From: Mobula birostris
Lineage: Eukaryota
Assembly: GCF_030028105.1 (NCBI RefSeq)
Contig: NC_092380.1
Coordinates: 52,263,717 to 52,327,716 of the forward strand
DNA: 64,000 bases
Direction: 5' to 3'
Numbering within the stretch: position 1 is the stretch's first letter; every line of letters begins with the position of its first letter. Made by a program: the position numbers and the translations under genes. Of this stretch, positions 11,505-24,099 are shown one piece after another. The notes below the pieces were generated by a model. It was not told the origin of the DNA. It saw only the letters and a program-made list of their open reading frames with translations, and ran no database searches.

Positions 11505-12795
11505 GATCCATCAGGCAGCACGTACTCTATTCAGCAAAGGCAGATCCCGTTTGACGAACTTACTGGAGTTCTTTGAGGACATAATGTGGATAGAGGGGGA
11601 AGGTGGACATTATTTACTTGGATTTCCAGAAGGCGTTCAATAAGTGCCGCATAAAAGACTTATCCACAAAATAAGGACGCATAGAGTTGGGGGTGATGTA
11701 TTAACACGGAGGGAGGATTGGTTAACTATTAGAAAGCAGAGTTGGGATACATGGGTGTTACTCTGGTTGGCAATCAGTGGTGAGTGGTGTGCCGCAGGGG
11801 CCGGTGCTGGGCCCACAACTGTTCACAATATACATTAACGATCTGGAAGAGGGGACCAAGTGTAGTGCGTCTAAATTCGCTGATGATACTAAATTGAGTG
11901 GAAAAGCAAATTGTGCAGAAGATATGAAGAGTCTGCAGAGAGATATAGATAGGTTAAGTGAGTGGGCAAGGGTCTAGCAGATGGAGTACAATGCTGGCAA
12001 ATGTGAGGTCATCCACTTTGGAAAGAAAAATAAAAGAGCAGATTATTATTTAAATGGTAAAAAATTGCAGCACGCTGCTGTGTAGATGGACTTGGGGGTG
12101 CTTGTGCATGAATCACAAAAGGTTGGTTTGCAGGTGCAGCAGGCTATCAAGAAGGCAAATGTAATGTTGCAAGAGGAATTGAATTTAGAGTAGGGAGGTT
12201 TGCTGCAACTGTACAGGGTACTGGTGAGGCCACACCTGGAGTACTGCGTGCCGTCCTGATCTCCTTACTTGAGGAAGGTTATACTGGTTTTGGAGGCGGT
12301 GCAGAGGAGGTTCACCAGGTTGATTCCAGAGATGAGGGGGTTAGACTATGAGGAAAGATTGAGTTGCCTGGGACTGTACTTGCTGGAATTCAGAAGAATG
12401 AGAGATCTTATAGAAACATATAAAATTATGAAAGGGATAGATAAAATTGAGGCAGGAAAGTTGTTTCCACTGATAGGTGAGAATAGAACTAGGGGACATA
12501 GCCTCAAGATTCGGGGGAGAAGATTTAGGATGGAGATGAGGTGGAACTGCTTTTCCCAGAGAGTGGTGAATCTGTGGAATTCTCTGCCCAATAAAGCAGT
12601 GGAAGCTACCTCAGTAAATATATTTAAGATAAAGTTAGATAGATTTTGGCATAGTAGGGGAATTAAGGGTTATGGGGAAAAAAGAAGGTAGGTGGAGATG
12701 AGTCCATGGCCAGATCAGCCATGATCTTACTGAATGACAGAGCAGGCTTGACGGGCCAGATGGCCTATTCCTGCTCCTATTTCTTATGTTTTTAT
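11505..12795 (+). mobile_element. CR1 LINE 3' portion (second subfamily)
   Basis: SGVPQGPVLGPQLFTIYINDL, KFADDTKL, EAVQRRFTRLIP, RTRGHSLK; tail 'cctgctcctatttcttatgttt'. Confidence 0.92.
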
Positions 12796-13844
12796 GACTC
12801 CATCAGCTTAGAGAGAAGACGTGAACTGAAAACAAAAAATAAAATAGATGTGTGTTTGTTTTTCAGCCAAAAGAAAATTTCAACAGGCACTAAGTGTGAT
12901 TTTGAATGGGAAATTTGTAGATACAATAATATGATAAACAAAATGTTCTGACAAACCAGGTTCTTTTCTAGTGCTTGGGGAAGAACTGCTGCAGATACAG
13001 TAGGGCATTCTCAAATTTGAAACATCAGAGCTCAAATGGACTACTTAGTCCCTCAAACCTGATTCACCAGCTATTCAATGAGATCACAACTGATCTGTGA
13101 CCCAAATACACAAAGACAATGTTGCCAAATATCCTCGAATATGCACCTCAGAATGACTATGGCAAAAGAGAGCTCAACCCTTCGAACTCCCTTCACGTGA
13201 GGTGTTTTTCATTTTCACTTCCAAATAGGTCCGGACAGAAGTTTTGGTCAACTATATGATCCTAAGAAAAAGCTTTCGTCTTAAAAAACAAAGGCAAACT
13301 CTAATCATTACAAATGCCAATTATAAATGTAATAATTTTACCATGTCTAAGCAAACACTGAAGACTAATGAAAGTAATATTTGGTAAAATTATTATTTAG
13401 TCATATAAAACTAGTTTGTACTATTAATCCATAAATGCACATCAATCATTCTAATCCTTACAAACCTTCATTCACTCCAGTCACCTCGCCACATACTCCC
13501 CAAACTCTCAATCCCTCTGCATTCATGCATCAGCAGTCTCTGAAACTCATCTACACTTAGACGACTTGCCACCTATTACCCTTTCCATCCTCCAAGGATA
13601 GACGATAAAATACAAGCTGTTTCTGCACAACTGTGAAATAAGCATCAACCTTGAAATGATATCATTGAACTCACACAAAGGTTAATCTTACTGTTCTGTT
13701 CTGCAGTACCAAATACACTGACCAGTTATTATGGCCGAAAGTAGTGTCTTCACTTTACACCGAGTCATTTATATTTTCTAAAACACAATTCCTTGAAGGG
13801 AATAGCTTTGGATAATAAGTACCTTAATATTAAAAGCTACTTAC

Positions 13845-13984
13845 ACAGGCCGGCAAATGACTAGGTCTCCCTTATTGGTCCCATAGGCCAGGCCCAGCCC
13901 AGGCTCTGGAAGCCAGCGTGCAGAGTTTATACTAACATGTCTCCTCTGGTCTGGAGGCATTGGGTACAAAACGTTGAAAACTCT
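13845..13984 (-). CDS. AMBRA1: AMBRA1 coding exon (140 nt): [46 protein letters not shown](V)
   Basis: Acceptor tttcatcttcttacag and donor gtaagtag at 13844-13837. Phase 0 start continues ...GETSMR|RVFNV...; ends in phase 2 (GT). Confidence 0.97.
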
Positions 13985-14760
13985 CTGTAAGAAGATGAAA
14001 CAACAGTTAAATATGTTGAATACAGATGCCAGAGAATGAGTTCAAACACGAGACTCTTCAGATGCTAAAAATCCAAAGCAATATTTTATCTTTTTCTGCC
14101 AAACTTCTGAAATATTTTGAAATATGAAAATATGCCATAAAACCAAAGAATACTCTAAATTTGGACTGGAAAGTCGACATCAATGAAGTGGGGGGCAGGG
14201 AAGATTTGGTTGTTTGTGATTCCATAGAGCTTAATTGGACGGAAAAGGTCACTGATATTGTAAGACAACTGATCTTTGGGAAATGCATAAAATGTCACAC
14301 ATGTGCAAAACAAATAGATTTTAGAATTCTTTTTAAAAAAAAAAAGAGCTTTTCTGTGAAATGGTAGTTTGCACCTAAAATCTACAGAATCAGAAGATGA
14401 AATGCTCTGGAGAGCTCCTTAGGGGTGTTTTGCCACTCAACTCAATGTTCATCGTAAAATTAAACATCTTCTTAAATTAAGAGCAAAGTGTACACAATAA
14501 AATCATAGCCACAAATGACATAACCTGTGATAAACCCTTTCCTTCGAGTAAAGTTTACTAATGATTATGCACAGATCTGGACCAGTGATCCACTGCATTG
14601 ATTTTCGGTGCGGAGTATCAAGAACAATTATTTTCTGTCTTGAAGTACATACGGTATAATTTTAAACAGAAGCTTCTACTACTTTTTAATAAAGCAATCA
14701 TAAATTTTTCTCTAATCAATTTAACTCAGTAAATAACCATTTACTCTGAGTCAGAGGCTG

Positions 14761-15563
14761 TAGAATCAGAATCAGGTTTAATATCACTGGCATATGCCGT
14801 GAAATTTGTTGTCTTTGCTGCAGCAGTACATTGCAATAATAGGAAAAATATGAATTACAGTAAATATATATTTTAAATAAGTAGCGCAAAAATAGAAATA
14901 AAAAGGTAGTGAGGTAGTGTTCATAGGTTCAATGACCATTTAGAAATCAGATGGGAGAGGGAAAAAGCTGTTTTGGAATCAGTGAGTGTGTGCCTTTAGG
15001 CTCCTATACCTCCTTCCTGATGGTGGCAATGAGAACAGGTCATAACCTGGTGATGGGGGTCCTTAATGATGGATGTCGCTTTTTGAGGCACTGCTCCTTG
15101 AAGATGTCCTGGATACTACAGAGGCTAGTGCCCATGAAGAAGCTGACTAAGTTTACAACTCGCTGCAGCTTATTTTGATCCTGCGCACCCCGCCTTCCAC
15201 CCATACCAGATGGTGATGCAGCCAGTTACAATAGCTCTCCATGGTTTATCTATAGAAATTGAGAGTGTCTTTGGTGGTATACCAAATCTCCTCAAACTCC
15301 TAATGAAATATAGCTGCTGTCATGCCTTCTTTGTCGCTGCATCAATATGTTGGGTCCAGGATAGATCCTCCGAGACATTGTCACCCAGGAGGTTGAAATT
15401 GCTCACTCCTTCCACTTTTAATCTCTCTATCAGCACTCCTGAGCGTTCCCTCTTCTTAGCCTTTCTGAAGTCCACAATCAATTCTTTAGTCTTACTGATG
15501 TGTGGTGCAAGGTTGTTGCCTCGACACCACTCAACCAGCAGATATATCTCACTCCTGTACACA
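14761..15563 (-). mobile_element. Rex1/Babar-type LINE 3' portion
   Basis: Minus ORF 'YRSEI..LVEWC..NNL....SKTKELIVDFRK'; tail reads agaatcagaatcaggtttaatatca on the plus strand. Confidence 0.85.
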
Positions 15564-15584
15564 TTCTAACATTTTTATAACAAG

Positions 15585-15940
15585 CAACACATACAAAATG
15601 CTGGTGGAACGCAGCAGGCCAGACAGCGTTCATAGGAAGAAGCACAGTCGACATTTTGGGCTGAGACCCTTCATCAGGACTAACTGAAAGAAGAGACAGT
15701 AAGAGATTTGAAGGTAGGAGGGGGAGGGGGAGATCTGAAATGATAGGAGAAGACAGGAGGGGCAGGGATAGAGCTAAGAGCTGGAAAGTTGATTGGCAAA
15801 AGGGATACAAGGCTGGAGAAGGGAGAGGATCATGGGATGGGAGGCCTGGGGAGAAAGAAAGGGGGAGGGGAGGGCCAGAGGAAGATGGAGAGCAGGCAAG
15901 GAATATTGTGAGAGGGACAGAGAGAGAAAAAAGAGAGATC
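15585..15940 (-). mobile_element. PLE terminus with mutated hammerhead (15646-15681)
   Basis: Close match to about 6890-7250; the hammerhead reads ctgatga-a-ggg-tctcag-ccc-AAAA-TGTC (GAAA box mutated). Confidence 0.85.
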
Positions 15941-17024
15941 AATCTACCACATTCTCTCAACAATTCAAACAGATACTGCACAGTGCAGTTCAACCAAAGG
16001 CAAACTTTACACCTAAGGCAGCATTCTTCAAATATAGGCAAGCTGGGCATTCACTTGCTGGTGCCTTGATAAAATAACAATCACCATTTGAAAGGAAATG
16101 AAAAAAAAATTCAGGATGTCACATTCAATCAGAGTGATCTGTTAAGTAAACAGCATTTTAATCTGGTATCCATTTCCACTGTCCCCAACACATGAATTCT
16201 TTGAGGACAGCAATGCTTTAAAAGAAACATTGAAAGAAAGAAAACTAGTCTTAACAAAATATATTTGTACTGCGACAATCACGATGAGTATATTAACAGA
16301 CTGAATATTCAACGTGAAGTGAACACAAGGGCCATCACAGATACAATAATCTCAAGGAGAGTTTATGCAAATTTCAGCACAGCATATAAAGCAATGAATA
16401 ATAAATTGCCATCTTCCATTAAAAAATGCTGTACACGAAGACAGCAGACTCTCAAACAGCTGACAACACCAGCCTCCGCACTCTCCCAAGAATGGGCTCT
16501 GTGGAGAACCACTGCACAATGCTCTCTGCAGTACCACAAGAAGATGGGATAACTCAGCTCCATCTCTGGGTGGCATGCTTGCTATTCATTACCAGCACAC
16601 AAGCTTTTCACAGGTTTTGACAAATCAGAAATAATAATTAATTCACATTAACTGAAGATTTCTTATACATAGCCAACTTCACCTTTCTGTCAATGTTGTC
16701 AGTTGTTAAAAACACTAGAACTCACTGGAGCTTCTCAGTGAAGAAACAGAATGGGATGCACTAGCCAATTAAAACATAATGTTTTGCCTTGAATTATTAA
16801 CTATATGTTTCAAAACAGTCTGCCACTGCTGACTTCATTTGGACAATACTTCAATATTTAAGACATTGTTTTTACCAATACTCGGATCTCAAAATGCACA
16901 GTACATTTAGTTAAGCTGTTTCAATAGGTGTTTAAAATCCACTTCCTCTCCAATGGAAGGTGAAAAGGGAACCCGGTTACAAGCAGAAAGCAGCTTTGAA
17001 AATAGTTAGTATCTCTGTACTTTA

Positions 17025-18610
17025 GTTAGAGTAATACAGCATGGAAAGAGGTTCTTCAGCCCAAATGATCTATGCCAACCAAGATACCCACCTGAGTTGG
17101 TCTTATTTGCCTGTGTATGGCCCAAACCCCTCTAAGCCTTTTCTGCCCATGTACATACCAAGTGTCCTTTAAAAGTTTTTCACTTACTTTCTTCAAACAC
17201 GACCTCTGTCAGCTCATTTCATACATGCACCACCATTTGGGTGAAAAGGCTCCCCCCTCAACTTGAAAAGAATTTAGGATATATTACATTATGAGAAATA
17301 TACATCAGGTAGATGGCCAGGATCTTTTCCCATGGTACACTCTCTATAATGTGTGGGCGGGGGGGTGGAGAATAGCTTTCCAGTGAGAGGGAGGAAGTTT
17401 AAACGGGATCTGAGGTGAAAATGTTCCGGTGAGAGAAAGAGTAGTTGGTATCTGGAATGAGGTGCCAGAAGAGATAGAAACATAGAAAAACTACAGCACA
17501 ATACAGGCCCTTCAGCCCACAATACTGTGTCAAACATGTACATACTTTAGAAATTACCTAGGATAACCCAGAGCCCTCTATTTTCCTAAGCTCCGTGTAC
17601 CCATCCGGGAGTCTGTTAAAAGATCCTATCGTATCCGCCTTCACCACTGCCGCTGGCAACTGATTCCATGCACTTACCACTCTCTGCAGAAAAAACTTAC
17701 CCCTGACATCTCCTCTGTACCTACTTCCAAGCACCTTAAAACTGTGTCCTCCCCTCTTGTGATAGCCATTTCAGCCTGGGAAAAAGCCTCTGACTATCCA
17801 CACGATCAATACCTCTCATCATCTTATACACTTCTGTCAGGTCATCTCTCATCCTCCGTCGTTCTAAGGAGAAAAGGCCAACTTCACTCAAACTATTCTC
17901 GTAAGGCAACATCCCTATAAGTCTCCTCTGCACCCTTTCTATGGTTTCCACATCCTTCCTGTAGTGAGGTGATCAGAGCTGAGCACAGTACTCCAAGTGG
18001 GGTCTGACTTGACTGCAACATTACCTCTCGGCTCTTAAACTCAATCCCATTGGTTGATGAAGGCCATTGCACCGTATGCCTTCTTAATCACAGAGTCAAC
18101 TTGTGCAGCAGTTTTGAGTGTCCTATGGACTCGACCTCAAGATCCCTCTGATTCTCCACACTGCCAAGTGTCTTACCACTAATACTATATTCTGCCATCG
18201 TATTTGACCTAAGAAAATGAACCACCTCACACTTATCTGGGTTGAACACCATCTATACTTCTCAGCTCAGTCTTGCATCCTACTGATGTCCCGCTGTAAC
18301 CTCTGACAGCCCTCCACACTATCCACAACACTCCCAACCTTTGTGTCATCAGCAAATTTACTAACCCATCCCTCCACTTCCTCATCCACGTCATTTATAA
18401 AAATCACGAAGAGAAGGGGTCCCAGAACAGATCCCTGAGGCACACCACTGGTCATCAACCTCCTTGCAGAATATGGTGGAGACAGGCACAGTAACAACAT
18501 TTAAGAGGCATTTGGAGAAGTTCTTCAATGTGCAAAGCATTCAGGGATATAGAATTAATGGAGGCAAGTGGAATCAGTTTCAATAAATTTGATGGTTGGC
18601 AAAAATGTGG
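17025..18610. mobile_element. CR1 cluster: minus 3' end (17025-17260); plus 3' end (about 17270-17475 and 18472-18610) interrupted by a younger minus CR1 (17476-18470)
   Basis: Minus ORFs SGVPQGSVLGPLLFVIFINDV...KFADDTKV and ETIERVQRR; tail 'atagaaacatagaaaaactacagcaca'. The plus-strand host continues on both sides. Confidence 0.85.
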
Positions 18611-19099
18611 TAACCATATAAAGCATACAAAGCACTGCAAGCAGTAATCTTCAATGAAAAGCTGAAAATTGTTCCTTTTTTAAATATCACAAACTGATTA
18701 AAAATTCCAATGCTAACAACAGCATAATATAGTCAAGCTTTATAACAGAGCATAGCATTAACCACATTAGGACAGGTTGCCATGTGGATTACAGTACTGA
18801 TAACCAGAATGATGCCAATCAACCTCATTAACTGTCATAATTACATGACAACATTAAATTATATGGGCACACTCAATTACTATACAATGCATTGTCTGTA
18901 ATGGAGACACAGGATACTGTAGACGCTATAATCTGAAGAACTCAGTGGATCAGGCTTCATCTATAGGAGAAAAGGAATTGTCAACCTTTTGGTTAGAAAC
19001 CCTGCACTCCTGATGCAGAGTTTTGACCAAAAATGCCAAATATTCTGAGGGAACGAGGCAGGGTGAATAAATAAAGTGACAGCACTTTGGCTCTAGAGA

Positions 19100-20010
19100 C
19101 CATAATTCTATTAATTTTAAGATAGTGATGGAAAAGATTAGGCAGGTGCTCACGTTAGGGTCCTAAACTGGAGCAGGGCTTATTTTGGGGGAATGAGACG
19201 GGATCTAGCGGAGATTGAGTGAGTCTGTTTGAAAGGAAAGGAATGATTGACAATTGGGGGGCTTTTAAGGGTGCAATATTAAGTGTCTAGGAGCAACAGG
19301 TTCTCATTAGGGTGAAGCCTAGAACTAGCAAATTTAGGGAACATTGGCTGACGAGAGGCTTCGGTCAAGAAAAATGAGTCATATACTGGGTTTAGGAGGA
19401 TGGGATCCAGTAAATTCCTTGGTGATTATAAAAAGATTAAGAATACTCTTCAGAAGAAAGTTCTCTGGGAGGCTAGAGAGGAAACGCTGGAGATACTTGG
19501 AGATACTTGCTTCGATAGCTACTGGTGAAGTCCCCAAAGACTGCAAAGTGGCTAATGTTGTCCTATTGTTTAAAAATGTGTAGTAAAGACAAACCAGGGA
19601 ACTGCAGAAGTGTCGGCCTGACATCAATAGTGGGAAAAGTACTGGAAAGATCTACCAGCATTTGGATAGACAGTTCTCATTAGGAGGAGCCAGATAGGCT
19701 TTGTGTGAATGAAGTCATGCTTGATGAACATTGTTAAGAGTTTATTTTGAAGAGATAACTAAAAAGGCAGCTGAGTATAAGGCAATGTATGTTGTCTATT
19801 TGAACCTCAACAAGTCCTTTGACAAGGTCCCACATGGTAGGTTGGTCTGGAAGGTTAGGTCCTTGGAATCAAGGTAGGAAGCAGAGGGCGATGATGAAGT
19901 TGTTTCTCTGAATGGAGTCAGGTGATTAGTGGGGTGCTTCAGGGGCTGGTGTTAGTATTCAGTTGGATGCAAATGTACAAGACCAGATCAATAAATTTGC
20001 AGATACATGA
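19100..20010 (+). mobile_element. Old CR1 ORF2 remnant
   Basis: ATGEVPKDCKVANVVLLFK and KSFDKVPHGRL-like fragments. Confidence 0.75.
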
Positions 20011-20029
20011 AACTACAATTTCAACTATA

Positions 20030-21560
20030 TTTCAGGTATGATCTCTAGAAAGCCATCTCATGGGTGATGTGGCAATTCCAGACTAAACTGAAATCAATGA
20101 AGGATGCTCTACAGTTGTGGTTGGGTTTAAATGCTACCACCTCTTATAAAGTAAAATCAAGCAAGATAGGTGACAATAGGGCATTGTTTCCAGACGAGCT
20201 CAATGACTTCTATGCTTACTTCGACCATCAAAACATGGAGGAACCATCACAACCTTCCCCAACTCCCAATGATCCTGTGATTTCAGTCTGAGGCCAAAGT
20301 GTGAGCAGCTTTCAGGAGGGTGAAAAGCATTCAGCCTAGATGGGGTACCTGGACAAGGACTTGTGCTGATCAACTGGCTGGAGTGTTCACTGAGATCTTC
20401 AATCTCTCACTTTGACAGTCAGAAGTATCCACCCACTTCAAGCAGGCTTCAATTAAACTGGTGCCCATGAAGAATGGACTGACCTGCCTCAATGACTATT
20501 GTCTTGTGGCATGCACTTACATCCACAGTGATGAAATATTTTGAGAGGATAGTGATGAAACATATCAACTCCTGTCTGAGAGGCAGCTTGGATTGACTCC
20601 AACTTACCTACTGGCACAACAGATCCACAGCAGACGCCATCTCATTGGCTCTTCACTCAAGCGTGGAACATTTGGACGCATTGATGCATACATCAGGATG
20701 TTCTTTTATCGACTACAACTCGTCATTCAATACCATCATCCCCTAAAAACTAATCAATAAGTTTCAAGACCTTGGCCTCAAAAACCTCCTTGTGTAATTA
20801 GATCCTCAATTTCCTCACTTGCAGACCCCAGTCAGTTTAGATTGGCAACATATCCACAATTTCCATCAGCACAGGGGCACCACAAGGCTGTGTGCTTGGC
20901 CCCTGCTCTACTCGCTTTATACTTATGATTTTGTGGCTAAGCACAGCTCTAAAGCCATCTTCAAGTCAAAACACCACTGTTGTAAGCTGCATCAAAGTTG
21001 GTGACAAATCAGCATATAGGAGGGAGATTGAAAATCTGGCTGTGTAGTGCCACAACAACAACCTCTTACTCAATGTCAGCAAGACCAAGGAGCTGATTAT
21101 TGACTTCAGGAGGAGAAAACCAGAGCTCTATGAGCCAGATATCATCAGAGGATCAGAGGTGGAGAGGGTCAGCAACTTTAAATTCCTTGGTGTTATCATT
21201 TCAGAGGCTGCATTACAGCCTGGTATGGAAATACCAATGCTCTTGAATGGAAAATCTTACAAAAAGTAGTGGATACAGCCCAGTCCTTCACAGATAAAGG
21301 CTTCACCACCATTGCGCACATCCATGTGGAGCGTTGTCGCAGGAAAGTGTATGCATCGTCAAGGATGCCCACTACCCAGTTCATGCTTTCTTCTCACTGC
21401 TGCCAACAGGAAGGTGGTATAAGAGCCTCAGGACTGACAACACCAGGTTCAGGATCAGTTATCATCCCTCAACCTTCAGGTTCTTGAAGCAAAGGAGGTA
21501 ATTCTTTGTCTCATGTTCTCGATATTTATTGCTTATTTATTTATTATTATTATTCCTTTC
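20030..21560 (+). mobile_element. Rex1/Babar-type LINE remnant
   Basis: FPDELNDFYAYFD, TGAPQGCVL and SKTKELIIDFRR motifs in shifting frames. Confidence 0.85.
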
Positions 21561-22593
21561 TTCCTGTTGCCCTAATTGTACATTACAGATACTGTACCAT
21601 GAATCCTGACACAATAAGGTATCTGCAAGGCTACTGATGCACAGTAATTCAAAGGAAGAAAGAAGTTGCACAACTGACTGAACTGTATTCATTAGAAGTG
21701 GTCATTGTAAAGTATTTTGTTTGCCCTGGGCTTATCAGATTTAAAAAGCCTCCATTTTAAAAATATACTTATACAGTATTCTAATCATGACTTTCTGCAA
21801 ATACAGAAAGACCTCAGCTTACAGTACATTTCACTTTGATGTGATGTGATAAGTTATTATTTAGACAGATTTCTCTGTCAAGATCTTATGGTATTGGTTA
21901 TAAAGAAGAATGAAACCATTCCTCTTCAAATTGTACTATTACCTTGAACATCTTTCCAACAATCAGAAATGGGTTGCTTGCAACTCACAGAGCACATTTA
22001 ACCATGCAGTTTGTCCTTGATATAACAGTACATTATCAAACTAATTGTGTACGATCAAGCTTGAAGAATGATGCTGGAGGTGGATGGTGAAGGCTTGTGT
22101 CTATAAATCTGACTGTGTCTGTGATTAGAGTGCCCTTAACTTTCCATCCATAATGACACAAACTTTCAGAGATAAGTAAATAAATTGCTCATCATATATA
22201 TGTCAAAGTAAGGGCAGAATCATTTCTCCCCATTTCACTTATTTTGATTTGGGTTGTTTACGCAAGGCTCTTACATTCAATCTACTATTACCTGAACCAA
22301 AACTCTGAACGCAATTTATAATAATGAAAAACAGAACTAGATTTGAAGACTGCAGCCTTACATTTAAAATATTAACATTTCTCCAAATGTATGTGCACAC
22401 GCACTGCTTGGCAGCCTTTTTAAAATTAATTCCTCCTGAAAATTGGGCATTGCAGGGAAGGCAAGCAATTACTGCTCATCTCTGTCAATCATTCAGAAGA
22501 GGGCATCACCTCCTTGTACTGGTACTCATTAGCACCGCTGATGATGGCTTCCATCACTTTGCTGATGAATGAGAGTCGATTAATTGGGTAGTA

Positions 22594-22806
22594 AGCACAA
22601 GAGATCCTGCAGACGCTGGAAATTCAGAGCAAATACATACAAAATGCTAGTGGAACTCAGCAGGTCGGGCGGCAACTATGGAAATGACTAAACAGTCGAT
22701 GTTTCAGGCCGAGACCCTTCTTCAGGACTAGGCCCAAAACATCGACTGTTTATTAATTTCCATAGATGCTGCTGGCCTCCTGAGTTCCACCAGCATTTTG
22801 TGTATG
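22594..22806. mobile_element. Short palindromic PLE-terminus insertion containing a minus-strand hammerhead copy (22694-22729)
   Basis: Two inverted PLE termini joined in the hammerhead region; perfect 14-bp TSD TTAATTGGGTAGTA (22580-22593 / 22807-22820). Confidence 0.85.
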
Positions 22807-23614
22807 TTAATTGGGTAGTAGTCAGTTTTGTTGGATTTATTTTGTTCTGTGAACAGGACATAAGGGGGAAGCTTTCCACCTTGTCAGGAAGATGTCAGTG
22901 TTATAAATGTACAGGAGTAGCTCAGCTAATGCTGGAGCACAAATCATCATGACTACAGCTAAACCACTGCCTTTAGTGTACTCGGTGCTCCCAGTTGTTA
23001 AGTGAATCAATTGGGAATAGCTTTTCTTAATATCGGAGACCTCAAGACAAAGTCAGCATGGATCGTCCTTTTGGCCTTTCTGGTTGAGTATGGCTGGCAC
23101 AGCTTCCCTCTTATCTTTAGTCTCAGGTGCTGGGCCCCACCACCACTGGGGAAAGTGACATTATGAAATTTTCTTTGCTCATTATTTACCAGTCCACCGT
23201 CATTCATGGCTAGATGAAGTTGGACTGCAGAACCCTAATCTGATCCACTGGTTGCCCGTTTGTTTAACTCTGTCTCTTGCATACTATTTTTACTGTTTAG
23301 AACATATATAATCTTGTACTGCAGCTCACTAGGATGCACCTTATCATATTTTGCTATGCTTGGATGCTGTTCCAACTTCCCTATGCATTCCTCATTGTAT
23401 TAGGATTTATCATCTGCAAGAGCATCCCACACAGAGGTTACAGTTGATGTGCATTTCTCCTGCTGCGTATCATGCACAGTATTTCATGGATGCCCAGTTT
23501 TGAGTTGCCAGATCTATTCAAAGCCAATCCCACTCAGCCTGATTGTTGTACCACACATGATGATGGAGAGTGGCCTTTCTGTATGAAAAATGAAACCTGC
23601 ATCTAACATGTTCA

Positions 23615-23716
23615 CACATCCCAGTCCAGATGAAGGGTCGCAACTGGAAACATCGACTGTGTATTTCTCTCCACAAATACTGCCTGAGTTCCTCCAGTGC
23701 TCTGATTTTAGCATCT
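23615..23716 (+). mobile_element. Degenerate PLE terminus / hammerhead remnant
   Basis: agtccagatgaagggtcgcaactggaaacatcgact followed by cctgagttcctccag. Confidence 0.6.
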
Positions 23717-24099
23717 TATATCTCTAACAATTTTTGTGAATGCTGTAAGATTCAGTTTGGAAATCTTCAACTGGAGTCTGTACTTGCTACACTAGATGGC
23801 AGCCTATTCCAGAACTTAGCTATTAGTTACTATTCAATCTACACAAGCCCATGCAATAACTTTATTTCAACATGGTATAACCCATGGAAGACCATTTAAT
23901 GGAAAGTTTAACTATGCTTGATTCTCCACTGACATCCAATGAATGGTGCATTTCCTCCACCGTTTAGGCATCAGATTTCCAGCATGTTGTTGATGTTGAG
24001 TCATCTTATGACATGCATGGTATCCAATGTGGGAAAAGTATCCTCCACCCAAATAATCAAAATAGATTATTTGAAACACTTTGTAGAATCAAGAAGTTT

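Noticed and set aside
16265-16620. Cluster of overlapping short ORFs as a nested gene
   Set aside because: No recognisable domain or convincing splice signals; kept only as a non-coding candidate.
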